A DNA stretch of 64,000 nucleotides from the IMG/VR virus record IMGVR_UViG_3300044796_000401, one strand, 5' to 3'. Position numbers and translations under genes: made by a program. Each line of letters begins with the position of its first letter. The first letter of the stretch is position 1. The notes below the pieces were generated by a model. The model was not told where the DNA came from, ran no database searches, and saw only the letters and a list, made by a program, of their open reading frames with translations. Shown here in pieces: positions 25,976 through 36,038 of the stretch. Source of the DNA: a virus (lineage: Duplodnaviria > Caudoviricetes).

Positions 25976-26907
25976 ACAGTCCCCTGCATTTGTTCGGTAT
26001 ACCATGCAACGGTTTTGCCAAGCCCCTCCGAAAGCGTCGTGTGCGCCTTAAAGCCGAACGTCTCTAGGGCTCGCGAGGTGTCCAGACGGCGGCGAGGCTG
26101 ACCATCGGGTTTCGTAGCATCCCACACAATTCCCCCGTTGAAACCCGTGACCTCTTTGATGACCCCCACAAGGTCCTTCATGGAAATCTCCGATCCCGTG
26201 CCGATGTTCACTGGCTCCAGGCCATTGTACTTCTCCACGGCCAAAACGATTGCTTCGGCACAATCCTCGACATACAGGAACTCTCGGTACGCGCTACCCG
26301 TGCCCCACACAGTTATGCTCTCGGCTCCGGTTTTCTTGGCTTCAAGGCATTTCCGGATCAGCGCGGGGATGACGTGCGAGCTTTCAAGGTTGAAGTTGTC
26401 TCCGGGACCGTAGAGGTTTACCGGAATGAGGTAAATTGCGTTCATCCCGTACTGCTGGCGGTACGCTTGGCACTGTACCAGCAGGGCCTTCTTGGCGATT
26501 CCGTATGGCGCGTTGGTTTCTTCGGGATAGCCGTTCCATAGATTGTCCTCCGTGAACGGCGACGGCGTGAACTTGGGGTAAGCGCAGACAGTTCCGACTT
26601 GGACAAATTTCTCTACGCCCCGCTCCTTGGCGACATCGATCATCTCCACGCCCATGATCAGGTTGTCATAGAAGAACTTTCCCGGACTCTTCTGGTTTGC
26701 TCCTATTCCACCGCAAACAGCGGCCAAATGAACTACGATGTCGGGCCGCAACTCGTCAAACATCGCCTCCACACGGTCTCTGCGGCGCAGATCGTATTGA
26801 CTGCTGCTGAGGGAAACCACGTCGTAGCCTTCGTTCTGCGCAAGCCTCTTCGTTAGGTGCTTGCCAACGAATCCCGAACCCCCCGTTACTGCGATTCGTT
26901 TCTTCAT
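25972..26907 (-). CDS. fcl: GDP-L-fucose synthase family epimerase/reductase
   Basis: HLAAVCGGIGAN, GTVCAYPK, PEETNAPYGIAK, SSHVIPALIRK, WGTGSAYREFL and KPDGQPRR motifs. Confidence 0.92.
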   Translation of the reverse strand: MKKRIAVTGGSGFVGKHLTKRLAQNEGYDVVSLSSSQYDLRRRDRVEAMFDELRPDIVVHLAAVCGGIGANQKSPGKFFYDNLIMGVEMIDVAKERGVEKFVQVGTVCAYPKFTPSPFTEDNLWNGYPEETNAPYGIAKKALLVQCQAYRQQYGMNAIYLIPVNLYGPGDNFNLESSHVIPALIRKCLEAKKTGAESITVWGTGSAYREFLYVEDCAEAIVLAVEKYNGLEPVNIGTGSEISMKDLVGVIKEVTGFNGGIVWDATKPDGQPRRRLDTSRALETFGFKAHTTLSEGLGKTVAWYTEQMQGTV

Positions 26908-28010
26908 TCTTTGGTCTCCCCGCTGATGATGTCAGTGATGGGTGCCTCTTTCATCGTGCCCTCCAATACTTCGAATGCCCCGTGCCAGAGACGCATACCT
27001 TCAACGATTCTCTGCTGAGTTTCAGATCGCGCCCAAGCATTCAATCCGGATATTATTTCCCCGAATCCTTGGTGGTAGCCGTCTGCGGCAATATCAATCT
27101 TTCGCAGGGCATCGCAGAAGCCGTCCGTCAATTGCATGCCTTCGCGTTCTACATCCAAATCCTTCCATAGATTGTGTGAATGGCGGTCATGTAAAACCCA
27201 AGGGTCTCCGAACGCGATGGCGTGATTGAAGTGTTCTGCAAGCCGATTGATAACATAGCTAGCGAAGATGTCGGAGTGCCGACCAATATACGGGCTCAAA
27301 AAGTAAGCCGGGATGATCTCGCGGGTCAACGCGGTGTTCTGACAATCAAACGGCGTCCAAGTCCCGCGGGCCAAGGCGATAGTACCCGGCCAACCTGATT
27401 TATATCCGGTAACCCGGACTTTTCTTTCCAGTCTAGTTGTGGCGTCCACGTCCGGATCGTCCAACCAAAAACCTGCGTTGACAACAACTTTACGGCGTTC
27501 GGGTTGCATGGTCACGAAAGAATCTGCCCACCGATTCTTGGGGGAGTACCCGCGGTGATAAAACTCGACATCGCTCTCTTCTTTCAGGAACGAACAAACA
27601 TTGAACCATCCGGAGCTAGAGCCGTACGTTGGAAGCGTCACTGTTGTCCCCACTATTCTGTGGTGACCGATAGCGTCTTGGTCGGTTGCTAAATTGTCAT
27701 CGTCAAGCGTAATAATTACATCTGCGCCAGTCGTGTACGCCAACATCATACCCACGTTTCGACGTTCCACGGAGTTGATCGGCAAATGCTCTCGCAGCGT
27801 CGGGAATCGTGTCAGATAATCCCGCTGACTTGGCAGATCGAGATATAGACAGTTTGGAATCGTGGCGCAGTACTCCGCTGTTCTCGCCGCGCTCTTGTAA
27901 TCTCCAACAACAATAAAGTTCACATCCTGCCCGAATTGGTTGGCGTTTTTCTGGTACCCCCCCAAAAAGGACGGGATATTGACGGTGGTGGTAACGATTG
28001 TGGCTTTCAT
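26904..28010 (-). CDS. RGP/UDP-arabinopyranose-mutase- or STELLO-like GT-A fold protein
   Basis: RRNVG, ITLDDDN, WLDDPDVDA, CQNTAL and GRHSDI motifs. Confidence 0.65.
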   Translation of the reverse strand: MKATIVTTTVNIPSFLGGYQKNANQFGQDVNFIVVGDYKSAARTAEYCATIPNCLYLDLPSQRDYLTRFPTLREHLPINSVERRNVGMMLAYTTGADVIITLDDDNLATDQDAIGHHRIVGTTVTLPTYGSSSGWFNVCSFLKEESDVEFYHRGYSPKNRWADSFVTMQPERRKVVVNAGFWLDDPDVDATTRLERKVRVTGYKSGWPGTIALARGTWTPFDCQNTALTREIIPAYFLSPYIGRHSDIFASYVINRLAEHFNHAIAFGDPWVLHDRHSHNLWKDLDVEREGMQLTDGFCDALRKIDIAADGYHQGFGEIISGLNAWARSETQQRIVEGMRLWHGAFEVLEGTMKEAPITDIISGETKE

Positions 28011-28678
28011 TGTGGTAACACTTCTCGCGGAAATCCAGCCGCTTTGCGTTTAGAGTAAAGGTCTCCACTACGGTCTCCGGGTCCCCCGTGCTTCATATAA
28101 TCCTCGTCGTCGCGAAATGCGCCGCCTATGCCCCCACGAAGGTGTTGGAACATCAAAACGTTACGAGCATCAATGATCTCTATTTTATCTAGTTCGGTGA
28201 CTTCATAGAATTCCACGTCGGCATAACAAGACGTATATTCAGGGCAAAACAAGTAGCCATACCGCTTGTAATACGGTCGAGTGATAATCGGAAACGAAAT
28301 GAAGTACGGATCAAAAGAAGGCATGTTTGTGTTTGCCCAAACAGCAACTTCCTGATCGAGCTTACCGTTTAGCAAATTGAGAAGGTTGGTGTCCCAGTGG
28401 GGTGCGGAATAGAAATCATCCGCAACAAGAACAAGGACTTCCCCATGAGAAATTTGAGCAGCAAAATTGTATCCTCCTACGGGGGTTGGATTGTTTCCGT
28501 TGTACTCAACAACTTGGTGCTCGAACGGAACCCCCAGATTGCTCAAACTTGGAAATTGCTTTTTCTCAGGCACAAGCACGTACTCTACGTTCCCTGAATG
28601 GTCGCAGTTTTGAAACCAATTGTCGGCCGCGGTCTTCCAAGCGTTCGGTCTAACAGTTGTATGTAAAAGCGAAATCAT
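28007..28678 (-). CDS. GT2-like glycosyltransferase
   Basis: Start re-called at MISLLHTTVRP. VLVADDF, FPIITR and YADVEF motifs. Confidence 0.65.
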   Translation of the reverse strand: MISLLHTTVRPNAWKTAADNWFQNCDHSGNVEYVLVPEKKQFPSLSNLGVPFEHQVVEYNGNNPTPVGGYNFAAQISHGEVLVLVADDFYSAPHWDTNLLNLLNGKLDQEVAVWANTNMPSFDPYFISFPIITRPYYKRYGYLFCPEYTSCYADVEFYEVTELDKIEIIDARNVLMFQHLRGGIGGAFRDDEDYMKHGGPGDRSGDLYSKRKAAGFPREVLPQ

Positions 28679-28691
28679 AGTAAACCCCCCA

Positions 28692-29402
28692 CTAAGTCCG
28701 GTGCTCTGTGTACATCCTTTGCATCCACCCCGTGGATGGGCTGTAAGGAGTATTCTGGTTCTCCGGATAGTTCTTGTAGTGCCAAACCATTTCGCCGTTA
28801 TAGTTGGGAATGCGCCAAGCGGTAATTTCACCCTTTTTAATGAGCGGCCCTAGTATTTGTCCGATCATAATGTCGTCGGCGGCGTACCAGTACTCCGCCT
28901 CTTTCGTCCTTTCGGCAACCACGGCGGTTGCTTTTCTGGACAGTATTCGCGCAGGCCCGGCACCAGCCCAATTATAAAGGTGTCGATGTACCCCGTAACC
29001 TTCCTGTGTATTGAAAGTGCAGTTTACAGTATCCCCCATAACCTCGCCGAAAGGAACAGTCTCATTAAACGCGAAGTCGCCCGAGTAGTCATATTTCTCG
29101 AAGCCGCACGCCAAGACTTTCTGGGGGATCAGAAACGAGTCGGTACTAAGCAAAATGGTGAAGTCGTATCCTTCCCGAACGGACCAACGAAGGACTTCTT
29201 GAACTTCGCGACAAATGCAATCGTAGTCTCTTGACACGTCAACGAAGACTTCATCCGGCAGCGACCGCTGATCCGACACTCGGGGCATGAAGAAACGCAG
29301 GTCGGCGGGGGTGACATCCCCGCCCCAAGTATCGCGAATCACTTGGTGGAAACCGTGTTTGGCGGCCACATCCCAAGAATTAACGGCGAATAGAATTTTC
29401 AT
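28692..29402 (-). CDS. GT31-like glycosyltransferase (DxD degenerate: LSTDS)
   Basis: Paralog of the other four GT31-like genes ([20 protein letters not shown]). Confidence 0.65.
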   Translation of the reverse strand: MKILFAVNSWDVAAKHGFHQVIRDTWGGDVTPADLRFFMPRVSDQRSLPDEVFVDVSRDYDCICREVQEVLRWSVREGYDFTILLSTDSFLIPQKVLACGFEKYDYSGDFAFNETVPFGEVMGDTVNCTFNTQEGYGVHRHLYNWAGAGPARILSRKATAVVAERTKEAEYWYAADDIMIGQILGPLIKKGEITAWRIPNYNGEMVWHYKNYPENQNTPYSPSTGWMQRMYTEHRT

Positions 29403-30366
29403 GGTTCCTCTCCCCGCGGGCATCGACCAAATCCGAGTCCACCATCAAGCGCACTAGGCTGCGGAATTTGGTTTGGGGCACCCAACCCAATACTGTCTTT
29501 GCCTTCATTGCGTCGCCCAGCAGGAGGTCTACCTCCGTGGGGCGGTAGTACTTGGGGTCGATCCCCACATATTTTGTCCAGTCCATTTCGAGGTATCCGA
29601 ACGCCTCATCCAAGAACTCCCGTATGGTGTGCGTCTCGCCCGTGGCGATGACAAAGTCCTCCGGGGTGCCCTGTTGGAGCATGAGCCACATGGCCTCCAC
29701 GTACTCCTTGGCGTATCCCCAGTCGCGCTTGGCGTCCAGATTGCCGAGCAGGAGTTCGTCTTGCAGCCCCAGCCGTATCCTAGTGGCGGCCTTGGTGATC
29801 TTGCGCGACACGAAAGTCTCGCCCCTGCGGGGAGACTCATGGTTGAACAGGATGCCGTTGCAGGCGAACATGCCCATCTCGCGGTAATTCACCACCGTCC
29901 AGTACGAAAAGAGCTTGGCTATGCCATAGGGGCTCCGGGGGTAGAACGGCGTCTTTTCGGTCTGGGGGATTTCCAGCACCTTTCCGTACATCTCGCTGGA
30001 CGACGCTTGGTAAAACTTGGACTCCGGGCACTGCGCCTTGACCGCCTCAAGGAGCCTGAGCGTCCCGAGGGCGTCCGCGTCGGCGGTGTACTCGGGAATG
30101 TCGAAGCTGACGCGCACGTGGCTCTGCGCCCCCAAGTTGTAAACCTCGTCTGGTTTGACCTCCCCCATGAGGCGGCTTAGGGCGCTGCCATCGGTCAAGT
30201 CGTTGTGGTGCAGGTGCAGGCGGTCGAAGATGTGGTTTATCCGGCCTGTGTTGAAGCTGCTGGAGCGGCGGATGATGCCGTGGACCTCGTAGCCCTTCTC
30301 CAGCAGGAGTTCCGCCAGATACGATCCGTCCTGCCCGGTGATACCTGTGATGAGTGCTTTTTTCAT
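29380..30366 (-). CDS. gmd: GDP-mannose 4,6-dehydratase
   Basis: [45 protein letters not shown] and [10 protein letters not shown] motifs. Confidence 0.95.
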   Translation of the reverse strand: MKKALITGITGQDGSYLAELLLEKGYEVHGIIRRSSSFNTGRINHIFDRLHLHHNDLTDGSALSRLMGEVKPDEVYNLGAQSHVRVSFDIPEYTADADALGTLRLLEAVKAQCPESKFYQASSSEMYGKVLEIPQTEKTPFYPRSPYGIAKLFSYWTVVNYREMGMFACNGILFNHESPRRGETFVSRKITKAATRIRLGLQDELLLGNLDAKRDWGYAKEYVEAMWLMLQQGTPEDFVIATGETHTIREFLDEAFGYLEMDWTKYVGIDPKYYRPTEVDLLLGDAMKAKTVLGWVPQTKFRSLVRLMVDSDLVDARGERNHENSIRR

Positions 30367-30385
30367 TTTTTCCACTCTTGAGTGG

Positions 30386-30964
30386 CTATAATTTGAGCCA
30401 GAAATCATCTTGTGACCACCCAGAAGGGGGATATGTGCCTTCCGCAAACAACCTGTAAGAATTCGCTTTCAGAAGCTCCTGCATGGCTGCTTTACCCTCG
30501 CCGCCGTCTAGATATCCGTTATGCTCGCAAGTTATGGCGTGGAACGAGAATCCCGAAGCCAGAAGATTCTCCAGCACGGATAAAACCATAGCGGCCCAGC
30601 GGGGGGCATGGACAGCCCAATCTGTACCCGGAATGGCTAAGTCGTCGATGTCCAGCGACAGGTAGTCAATGGATTTTCCGAGGCAGTACTCTTCGCAGAC
30701 CGCAGACCAATCCATTGTCATTGCGTCGCCCAAGATAGCGGGGCTCGTCCGGTTGATTTTGCACTTCTTGATCGCCTCGGGATCAATATCAACGAGAAGT
30801 CCCCGCCACCCCAACCTCTCCAACGCTAGAGTGTTGTTGATCGCAACGCCGTCGCTACACCCGATGTCAAGAAAAGTTCCCAACAGGTTGTTGAAGGGCT
30901 TCACCAACTGGTCATAAACGAATGTGTCTTGCCCTATTTGACTATATGAAATGAAATCCATCAC
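30386..30964 (-). CDS. FkbM-like SAM methyltransferase
   Basis: YSQIGQD, FLDIGC, NNTLALE..GWRG and IDYLSLDID motifs. Confidence 0.75.
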   Translation of the reverse strand: MMDFISYSQIGQDTFVYDQLVKPFNNLLGTFLDIGCSDGVAINNTLALERLGWRGLLVDIDPEAIKKCKINRTSPAILGDAMTMDWSAVCEEYCLGKSIDYLSLDIDDLAIPGTDWAVHAPRWAAMVLSVLENLLASGFSFHAITCEHNGYLDGGEGKAAMQELLKANSYRLFAEGTYPPSGWSQDDFWLKL

Positions 30965-31554
30965 TTGCCCTCTTGTCGCGGATGAAGGCGCATCATGTCA
31001 CGCTCAATTTCGAATACCCAATCGGGCTTCTTTTCCGCAACGAGACGCTCCAATTCTCCAAGTGCTGGCGAGCAAGCACATCCGACATTCCCGCCGTTGA
31101 ATAGCCGAGCGTCGTCTATAATGATGACGCTGTCAGGGCACAGAGTGAAGATTGTGTTTAGCTCCCCCTTGACCGGGCTGTGATCACAATCCAAATTGGC
31201 TGGGGTGGTCAAGTCCCATCGGAAATGTGCGTCAAGGTAAAACAACGGCTTCTTGGTGAGGGTCGGCAGGAGTCGTCTCAGGACATCTATGCTGTGACCC
31301 AACAAGATGTGAACATTGGTGTCGTTTTCAAATCTCTTCTCTGCGTTCTTGAAGTAAGTCGGGCCGACCTCGATAGAGTACACCTCAGAGAAGTGCCTCT
31401 TCGTTGCCTCGACCCCGTCGCCTAAGTGCGTCCCGGTTTCAATGAGTAAATCCAACTGAAACCGTTTGCCATACTCTATAAGCGTCGCATGCTTGTAAGC
31501 CTCTGGTGGCGCTTCGCCCTTCAAGATTTCACTAATTTGAGCATCAGTTAACAT
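30961..31554 (-). CDS. putative SAM-dependent methyltransferase
   Basis: LIETGT, YSIE, FYLDAH and IIIDDAR motifs. Confidence 0.65.
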   Translation of the reverse strand: MLTDAQISEILKGEAPPEAYKHATLIEYGKRFQLDLLIETGTHLGDGVEATKRHFSEVYSIEVGPTYFKNAEKRFENDTNVHILLGHSIDVLRRLLPTLTKKPLFYLDAHFRWDLTTPANLDCDHSPVKGELNTIFTLCPDSVIIIDDARLFNGGNVGCACSPALGELERLVAEKKPDWVFEIERDMMRLHPRQEGK

Positions 31555-32279
31555 TTGTCCCCCCTAAACTTTTTGACGTTTTCTTCCGCCCGGAGCACTA
31601 TCCACATAGTGTCGGCTGGTTTGCTTAAATCTGCAAATTCTGGTTTGGCTCGGAATTCCTTCATCTCAAACTTGTAACCGGATTCTGTGAGACTGTTTCG
31701 GATAGAGGCGGGATCGCATCCCCCATCCTGACGGATGTCTTCGCAGATATAAATGCCTTTTGGACCGAGCAACGGAAACAACATTTTAATTGTCAGGACT
31801 TGATGAACAGGGTTATGAGAGCCATCATCTACGATTAGATCAATCTTTGCCAACCTCTCCTGTTGAATAAACCCCACAATATCCTGAGTTTTTGTAAGAG
31901 TTTCACCTGAAAGATGAAGGCTTGAACTCCCCCCGTCAACGTCTATAAAAGCCTCACCGTCTCTGTCAGAAAGAGCAAAATTCAATACCTTAATTTGCGG
32001 CGTGTTCTCAAATCTTTTGCTCGCCGTCTGATGAAACTCAAAAACCGGCTCAAACAAGTACACGGCAGCGGGGATGACGCCGCATCGTTTCAATAGGTCT
32101 GCTGTCCACCCCCCTTGGTACGCGCCAACGTCAAATACAACGCTGTCAGCGTCGAGGAGATAGTCTATCCTGAGTGTGTCTTCTCGACCGTCGTCATACC
32201 ACCTTTGCCTCATCACACAGTAGTCGGTCCAGTCTTTTTCCGAGACGAGTTTCAGTATCTTTTCTGTGGACTTATCCAT
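31548..32279 (-). CDS. chimeric SAM methyltransferase (FkbM-like N half, DDGSH-type C half)
   Basis: VFDVGAYQG...FEP...NFALSD followed by IDLIVDDGSH...GIYICED. Confidence 0.65.
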   Translation of the reverse strand: MDKSTEKILKLVSEKDWTDYCVMRQRWYDDGREDTLRIDYLLDADSVVFDVGAYQGGWTADLLKRCGVIPAAVYLFEPVFEFHQTASKRFENTPQIKVLNFALSDRDGEAFIDVDGGSSSLHLSGETLTKTQDIVGFIQQERLAKIDLIVDDGSHNPVHQVLTIKMLFPLLGPKGIYICEDIRQDGGCDPASIRNSLTESGYKFEMKEFRAKPEFADLSKPADTMWIVLRAEENVKKFRGDKC

Positions 32280-33144
32280 TGAATTTTTTCCGTATAGCTT
32301 CTTGCCACTCTTTTACTCCGTCGTACTGATGGAGAATTGTAACCGGACTTGATGCTTCATGAAGTTGAAAGCAGTAGTTAGACGAACCCTCCATCCTGTA
32401 CGACAAGCCCGATATGTTGTTGAGATGGTGAGCCCCGAAAACAAAGCCATCCCAGACAGTGGCAATTTTTGTTTTAGACGCCCAAGGCTCCTTTCGGATG
32501 ATGATGTTCATAGCCGCTTGGTCAGACGGCATGTCATCATAGCTGACCTTGAAGCGTTTGAGCCGCATATCTGTGTTGGACATTTTGTAAACCCCAAGAA
32601 GTAGTTCGCTTACGTCTTCAGGAGTACCTGCGATGACTCCAGCATTACAGATTTCAGTTTCTTCCATGGAGTAGTAAACGTCATGACCGAAAGCCTCAAG
32701 AGTAATAGCCCTCCACGGCCAACAGCGTTTGAGTTGTATGGCTTCGGACACGACTACCAATTTGCTGCTGCCGAGGTTCCGTGCTAGCCAATCGAACGGA
32801 TTAGACTGGAATACGATGTCTCTCGTGTCGGCGGTTAGAACGTAGCGCAGGTCTTTTGCGCCCTTGATATACTCCGATATAACTTTGAAGCGAAACACAT
32901 TCGGATGTTCATCGAATGATCCGATGTCTAGCGTCTCAATACCATATTCGGCTAGTTTTTCCAGCAACAGGGAGGGGTCTTCGTTGGCTGCTTTGTGTTT
33001 TGGGTTATTTTCAGCTACGGTTGCGGTGCCAAAAACTAGAACGCAGCGCCCAGTATAGCCCGTTCTTCGCAGGGACACTACAAACGGGTACAGCATATCC
33101 CAGTTGTACCCGGATGCCATTCCGATGATGAGATCAGTTGTCAA
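32272..33144 (-). CDS. putative GT-A fold glycosyltransferase (DTRDIVFQSNPF type)
   Basis: DxxD motif, CNAG, SDQAAMN and HQYD. TTG start assumed; an alternative ATG lies at 33174. Confidence 0.55.
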   Translation of the reverse strand: MTTDLIIGMASGYNWDMLYPFVVSLRRTGYTGRCVLVFGTATVAENNPKHKAANEDPSLLLEKLAEYGIETLDIGSFDEHPNVFRFKVISEYIKGAKDLRYVLTADTRDIVFQSNPFDWLARNLGSSKLVVVSEAIQLKRCWPWRAITLEAFGHDVYYSMEETEICNAGVIAGTPEDVSELLLGVYKMSNTDMRLKRFKVSYDDMPSDQAAMNIIIRKEPWASKTKIATVWDGFVFGAHHLNNISGLSYRMEGSSNYCFQLHEASSPVTILHQYDGVKEWQEAIRKKFNG

Positions 33145-33916
33145 GTTTGGTCCACCTTTCAGGAACGATGTCACTGCTGCCTACATGGGTGGCTATAAAC
33201 CATTGCTTGGGGGCAAATATAAGTTTGTCCGGTTGCGTGCCAAACCAAGCGCCCCACCACGAGAATGAGCTATTCGCTATAGTGCCGTGATGGCACAGGC
33301 TCATGAGCCAGATGTCCTCGTGTTCCCGTCCGGGGATGTCCCGGCTGATGATCTTATTGTGGCCCACGACCGTGAAATCGCTCGGAAAATTGGCAAGGCA
33401 CCAATCGGGATCGTCAGAAAAGACCCAGAAACGCGCATCTTTGTGGCGTGCGCGGATGCGTTCGACGGCCTCGTTGTAATAACGCATCGTTGGCATGCCG
33501 TGAAACCTTTGATTGTAGTCAAAGACATAGTCTCCCCTGCGGACATGAAGGAACGCGCTCGTCGCACCAGCAGCCACGATGGTGTCCGCCGTTTTTTGGG
33601 ATTCCTCAGACGGCTTGTTCTTAAACGACAATTCCCGGCGAACCATGTTCTCGTCAAAATACTTCTCGGTCTGCCAGTATCCGACGAACGACGTGCCGTT
33701 CGGAGCGCTGTAGACTTTTTCATCATAGCAACTGATGTCCCCGAAAAGAGGACCCGATTCCGGAGCAAACTTGATGGGCTTTATGTTGAAAACGTCAAGC
33801 CTTTCCGGGCCGATGCGATTATAGAAAACCTCTTCCTTCCGGACAGCGCCGACCGACTCACCAAAAGCGTATTGAAACATCTGGTTTGCCAAGCCACCAT
33901 GGAGCCGCACAACCAT
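33134..33916 (-). CDS. alpha-1,2-fucosyltransferase family (GT11)
   Basis: GGLANQMFQYA, GYWQ, HVRRGDY, FSDD and ANSSFSWWGAW motifs. TAATG coupling to the upstream gene. Confidence 0.9.
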   Translation of the reverse strand: MVVRLHGGLANQMFQYAFGESVGAVRKEEVFYNRIGPERLDVFNIKPIKFAPESGPLFGDISCYDEKVYSAPNGTSFVGYWQTEKYFDENMVRRELSFKNKPSEESQKTADTIVAAGATSAFLHVRRGDYVFDYNQRFHGMPTMRYYNEAVERIRARHKDARFWVFSDDPDWCLANFPSDFTVVGHNKIISRDIPGREHEDIWLMSLCHHGTIANSSFSWWGAWFGTQPDKLIFAPKQWFIATHVGSSDIVPERWTKLDN

Positions 33917-34599
33917 TAGACCCCCTGTCCTTTCCTGTAGCTTTCGTACATCCAAGCCGGATTGAATCCCACGCTGTTCGGCCATGTATAGCGTGTCTTG
34001 CCCCAAGTGCAGTGGTGCCAAACCACATAATTGTCGAATTGCTGGGAGGCGAATCCCGTCAGTTGGCCCGCCGCGATAAGCGGTCCGAGAGCGTGGCCCA
34101 CGCTAACATCTTCCGCATAGTGCGCTGGCACCATCTTGGAAATCACTTCGGCCGCACGGCGGGACAGGAAATAGCCCGCCCCTCCCGAAGCGTAAGCCCA
34201 AACCGCTATGTCGCCGAGCCTGTGGTCGCCAAATGTCGGGATTTGAACACCCGGAGGGAACCCATTCCCGAAATATCCGAAATAGTCGTAACCCTCAAAA
34301 CCGCACGAGAGGAGTCGCTCGGGCTTGACAAATGTGTCCACATCGCAAAAGAATGCGGGGTCATATCCGTTTTCAACCGTCCATCCCGCCATTTCACGGG
34401 CTTTCGAGGGAAGGGCCGTTAGGTCATCTCCAACGGCAAGCCGGACCTCGTCGCTTTTTAATGACGCGCTCCCGTTGCCGACAAAAAATCGCACGTCAAC
34501 ATTGGGGGGAAAATCCTTTCCCCATGTCTCGCGGATAGCCGTGTGGCAGCCGTTCAGCATGTCGCGTTCGCAGCTTTTGATTGCGATCAGGAGCCTCAT
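33916..34599 (-). CDS. GT31/Fringe-like glycosyltransferase
   Basis: AIRETW, CDVDT, YASGGAGYFLS and AEDVSVG motifs. Confidence 0.75.
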   Translation of the reverse strand: MRLLIAIKSCERDMLNGCHTAIRETWGKDFPPNVDVRFFVGNGSASLKSDEVRLAVGDDLTALPSKAREMAGWTVENGYDPAFFCDVDTFVKPERLLSCGFEGYDYFGYFGNGFPPGVQIPTFGDHRLGDIAVWAYASGGAGYFLSRRAAEVISKMVPAHYAEDVSVGHALGPLIAAGQLTGFASQQFDNYVVWHHCTWGKTRYTWPNSVGFNPAWMYESYRKGQGV

Positions 34600-35300
34600 A
34601 GCGTGTCGCCGCAGTCTCGCAGTGAAATTGCATGGGCCGCATCCATCCAGCTTGGCTCGTAGGAGCCGGTCCGTTTGGAGAGATGCACCGTTATGCCGTC
34701 ATAGCCGTACAGTTGCAGCCGATCCCCCTTGAAGTGGTATCTCGGATTGTGGTAGCCGAGGATGCCGAGCGGAAAGAGCACGTTGGGAACCCAGAGGTCC
34801 TCGGCCGGGATGCCCTTGTTGTCGAGCCGCTTTTCATCGAGCGGCGCGGCGAGCATGGCCTCCATCGCCCGCTTGCTCTGCCAGTACCCGCAGCCCCCGG
34901 AGGCGTACGTGTAGAAGCCCCGGCAATCCCCCACCACGGGTATGAAGCCCTCCTGCGGGTGCATCGGGAAGTGCCCGACGTAGTCGAATTTCTCGAAGCC
35001 GCTGGCGATCAATCGCCTCGGCGAGAGGTATGTATCGCGGTCAGCCTTGAACATGAACTCGTACCCGTGTTCAAGCGCCCATTTTCGCATCTCCTGCACC
35101 TTTTCAGGCAGCCATGGCTGGCCGTCCGGAACGTCCACCCGCTCCTCATCCGGGGCAAGAGCACGGTCGCCCTGCCCGACGAAAATCTTGTAGTCAAGTT
35201 CCCCCGGTACCATGCGGGTCACCCACGTGCGCCGGATGGCATCGTGGCAGCCGTTGGCCGAGTCTCGTTCGCAGGACATGACTCCGATAAGCGCTTTCAT
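34596..35300 (-). CDS. GT31/Fringe-like glycosyltransferase
   Basis: AIRRTW, KADRDT, YASGGCGYW and AEDLWV motifs. Confidence 0.75.
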   Translation of the reverse strand: MKALIGVMSCERDSANGCHDAIRRTWVTRMVPGELDYKIFVGQGDRALAPDEERVDVPDGQPWLPEKVQEMRKWALEHGYEFMFKADRDTYLSPRRLIASGFEKFDYVGHFPMHPQEGFIPVVGDCRGFYTYASGGCGYWQSKRAMEAMLAAPLDEKRLDNKGIPAEDLWVPNVLFPLGILGYHNPRYHFKGDRLQLYGYDGITVHLSKRTGSYEPSWMDAAHAISLRDCGDTL

Positions 35301-36038
35301 TTAGGCTCCTATCCAATCCTTGATTCCTTCTTTTCTCAGCATAATCGTGTGCCCCATGGTGAAAGCACGCCTGCGGAAGCCGTTGTATCTTGGGTCTTGC
35401 ACCTCAGGTCCGTAACCAAGAGAGAGCGTATTGATGTTCCAGCCCGGAAGCCAAACCGTGACCTTGTCAGCTTTCTTGCGATGCCAGAAGAATTGCCCAT
35501 GTTCTCCCCCGATTTTCACAACGTCGGTATCCCAGGGCACCTCCAACAGCACGGATACCCGTGCTATGAAATGATTCACTACGAGGTCACATCGTTGATA
35601 TGGCGATCCGTCAGGCACCAAGCGAATTTCGCGGATCACATTTTTTTCTGCGTCGTGCACAAGATTGGCTTCATAGGGATTGTTGTCTACGCGACCACCC
35701 ACCAAATCAATCTCTGAGTGCGTGTCCAGCAAATCCACAGCTTCGGTCAATTTGTCCCTGTATCCCTTGGTGTTCGCAGCAAAGTCATCGCAGAATAGAA
35801 GCATGTAGGGTGTCGTTGTCGCCTCGACTATGCGGCAGCGTTTGACTGTGAGCCCCGAATCCGGCGCAAGGCGTATACAGCTTGGACCAGCTATGGTGGC
35901 GCATCGATCATCGAAGGAATCATCCGCCACGATGACTGGACATTCTGGTAGGTGTTCCTTGATCTGCTTGAGGCATTCAACGAGATAGCCCCAGCGACAG
36001 AAGCTCGAAATTGCGACTGTAATATCAGACAGCGGCAT
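35301..36038 (-). CDS. GT2-like glycosyltransferase
   Basis: Start re-called at MPLSDITV. VIVADD, MLLFCDD and GGEH motifs. Confidence 0.7.
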   Translation of the reverse strand: MPLSDITVAISSFCRWGYLVECLKQIKEHLPECPVIVADDSFDDRCATIAGPSCIRLAPDSGLTVKRCRIVEATTTPYMLLFCDDFAANTKGYRDKLTEAVDLLDTHSEIDLVGGRVDNNPYEANLVHDAEKNVIREIRLVPDGSPYQRCDLVVNHFIARVSVLLEVPWDTDVVKIGGEHGQFFWHRKKADKVTVWLPGWNINTLSLGYGPEVQDPRYNGFRRRAFTMGHTIMLRKEGIKDWIGA

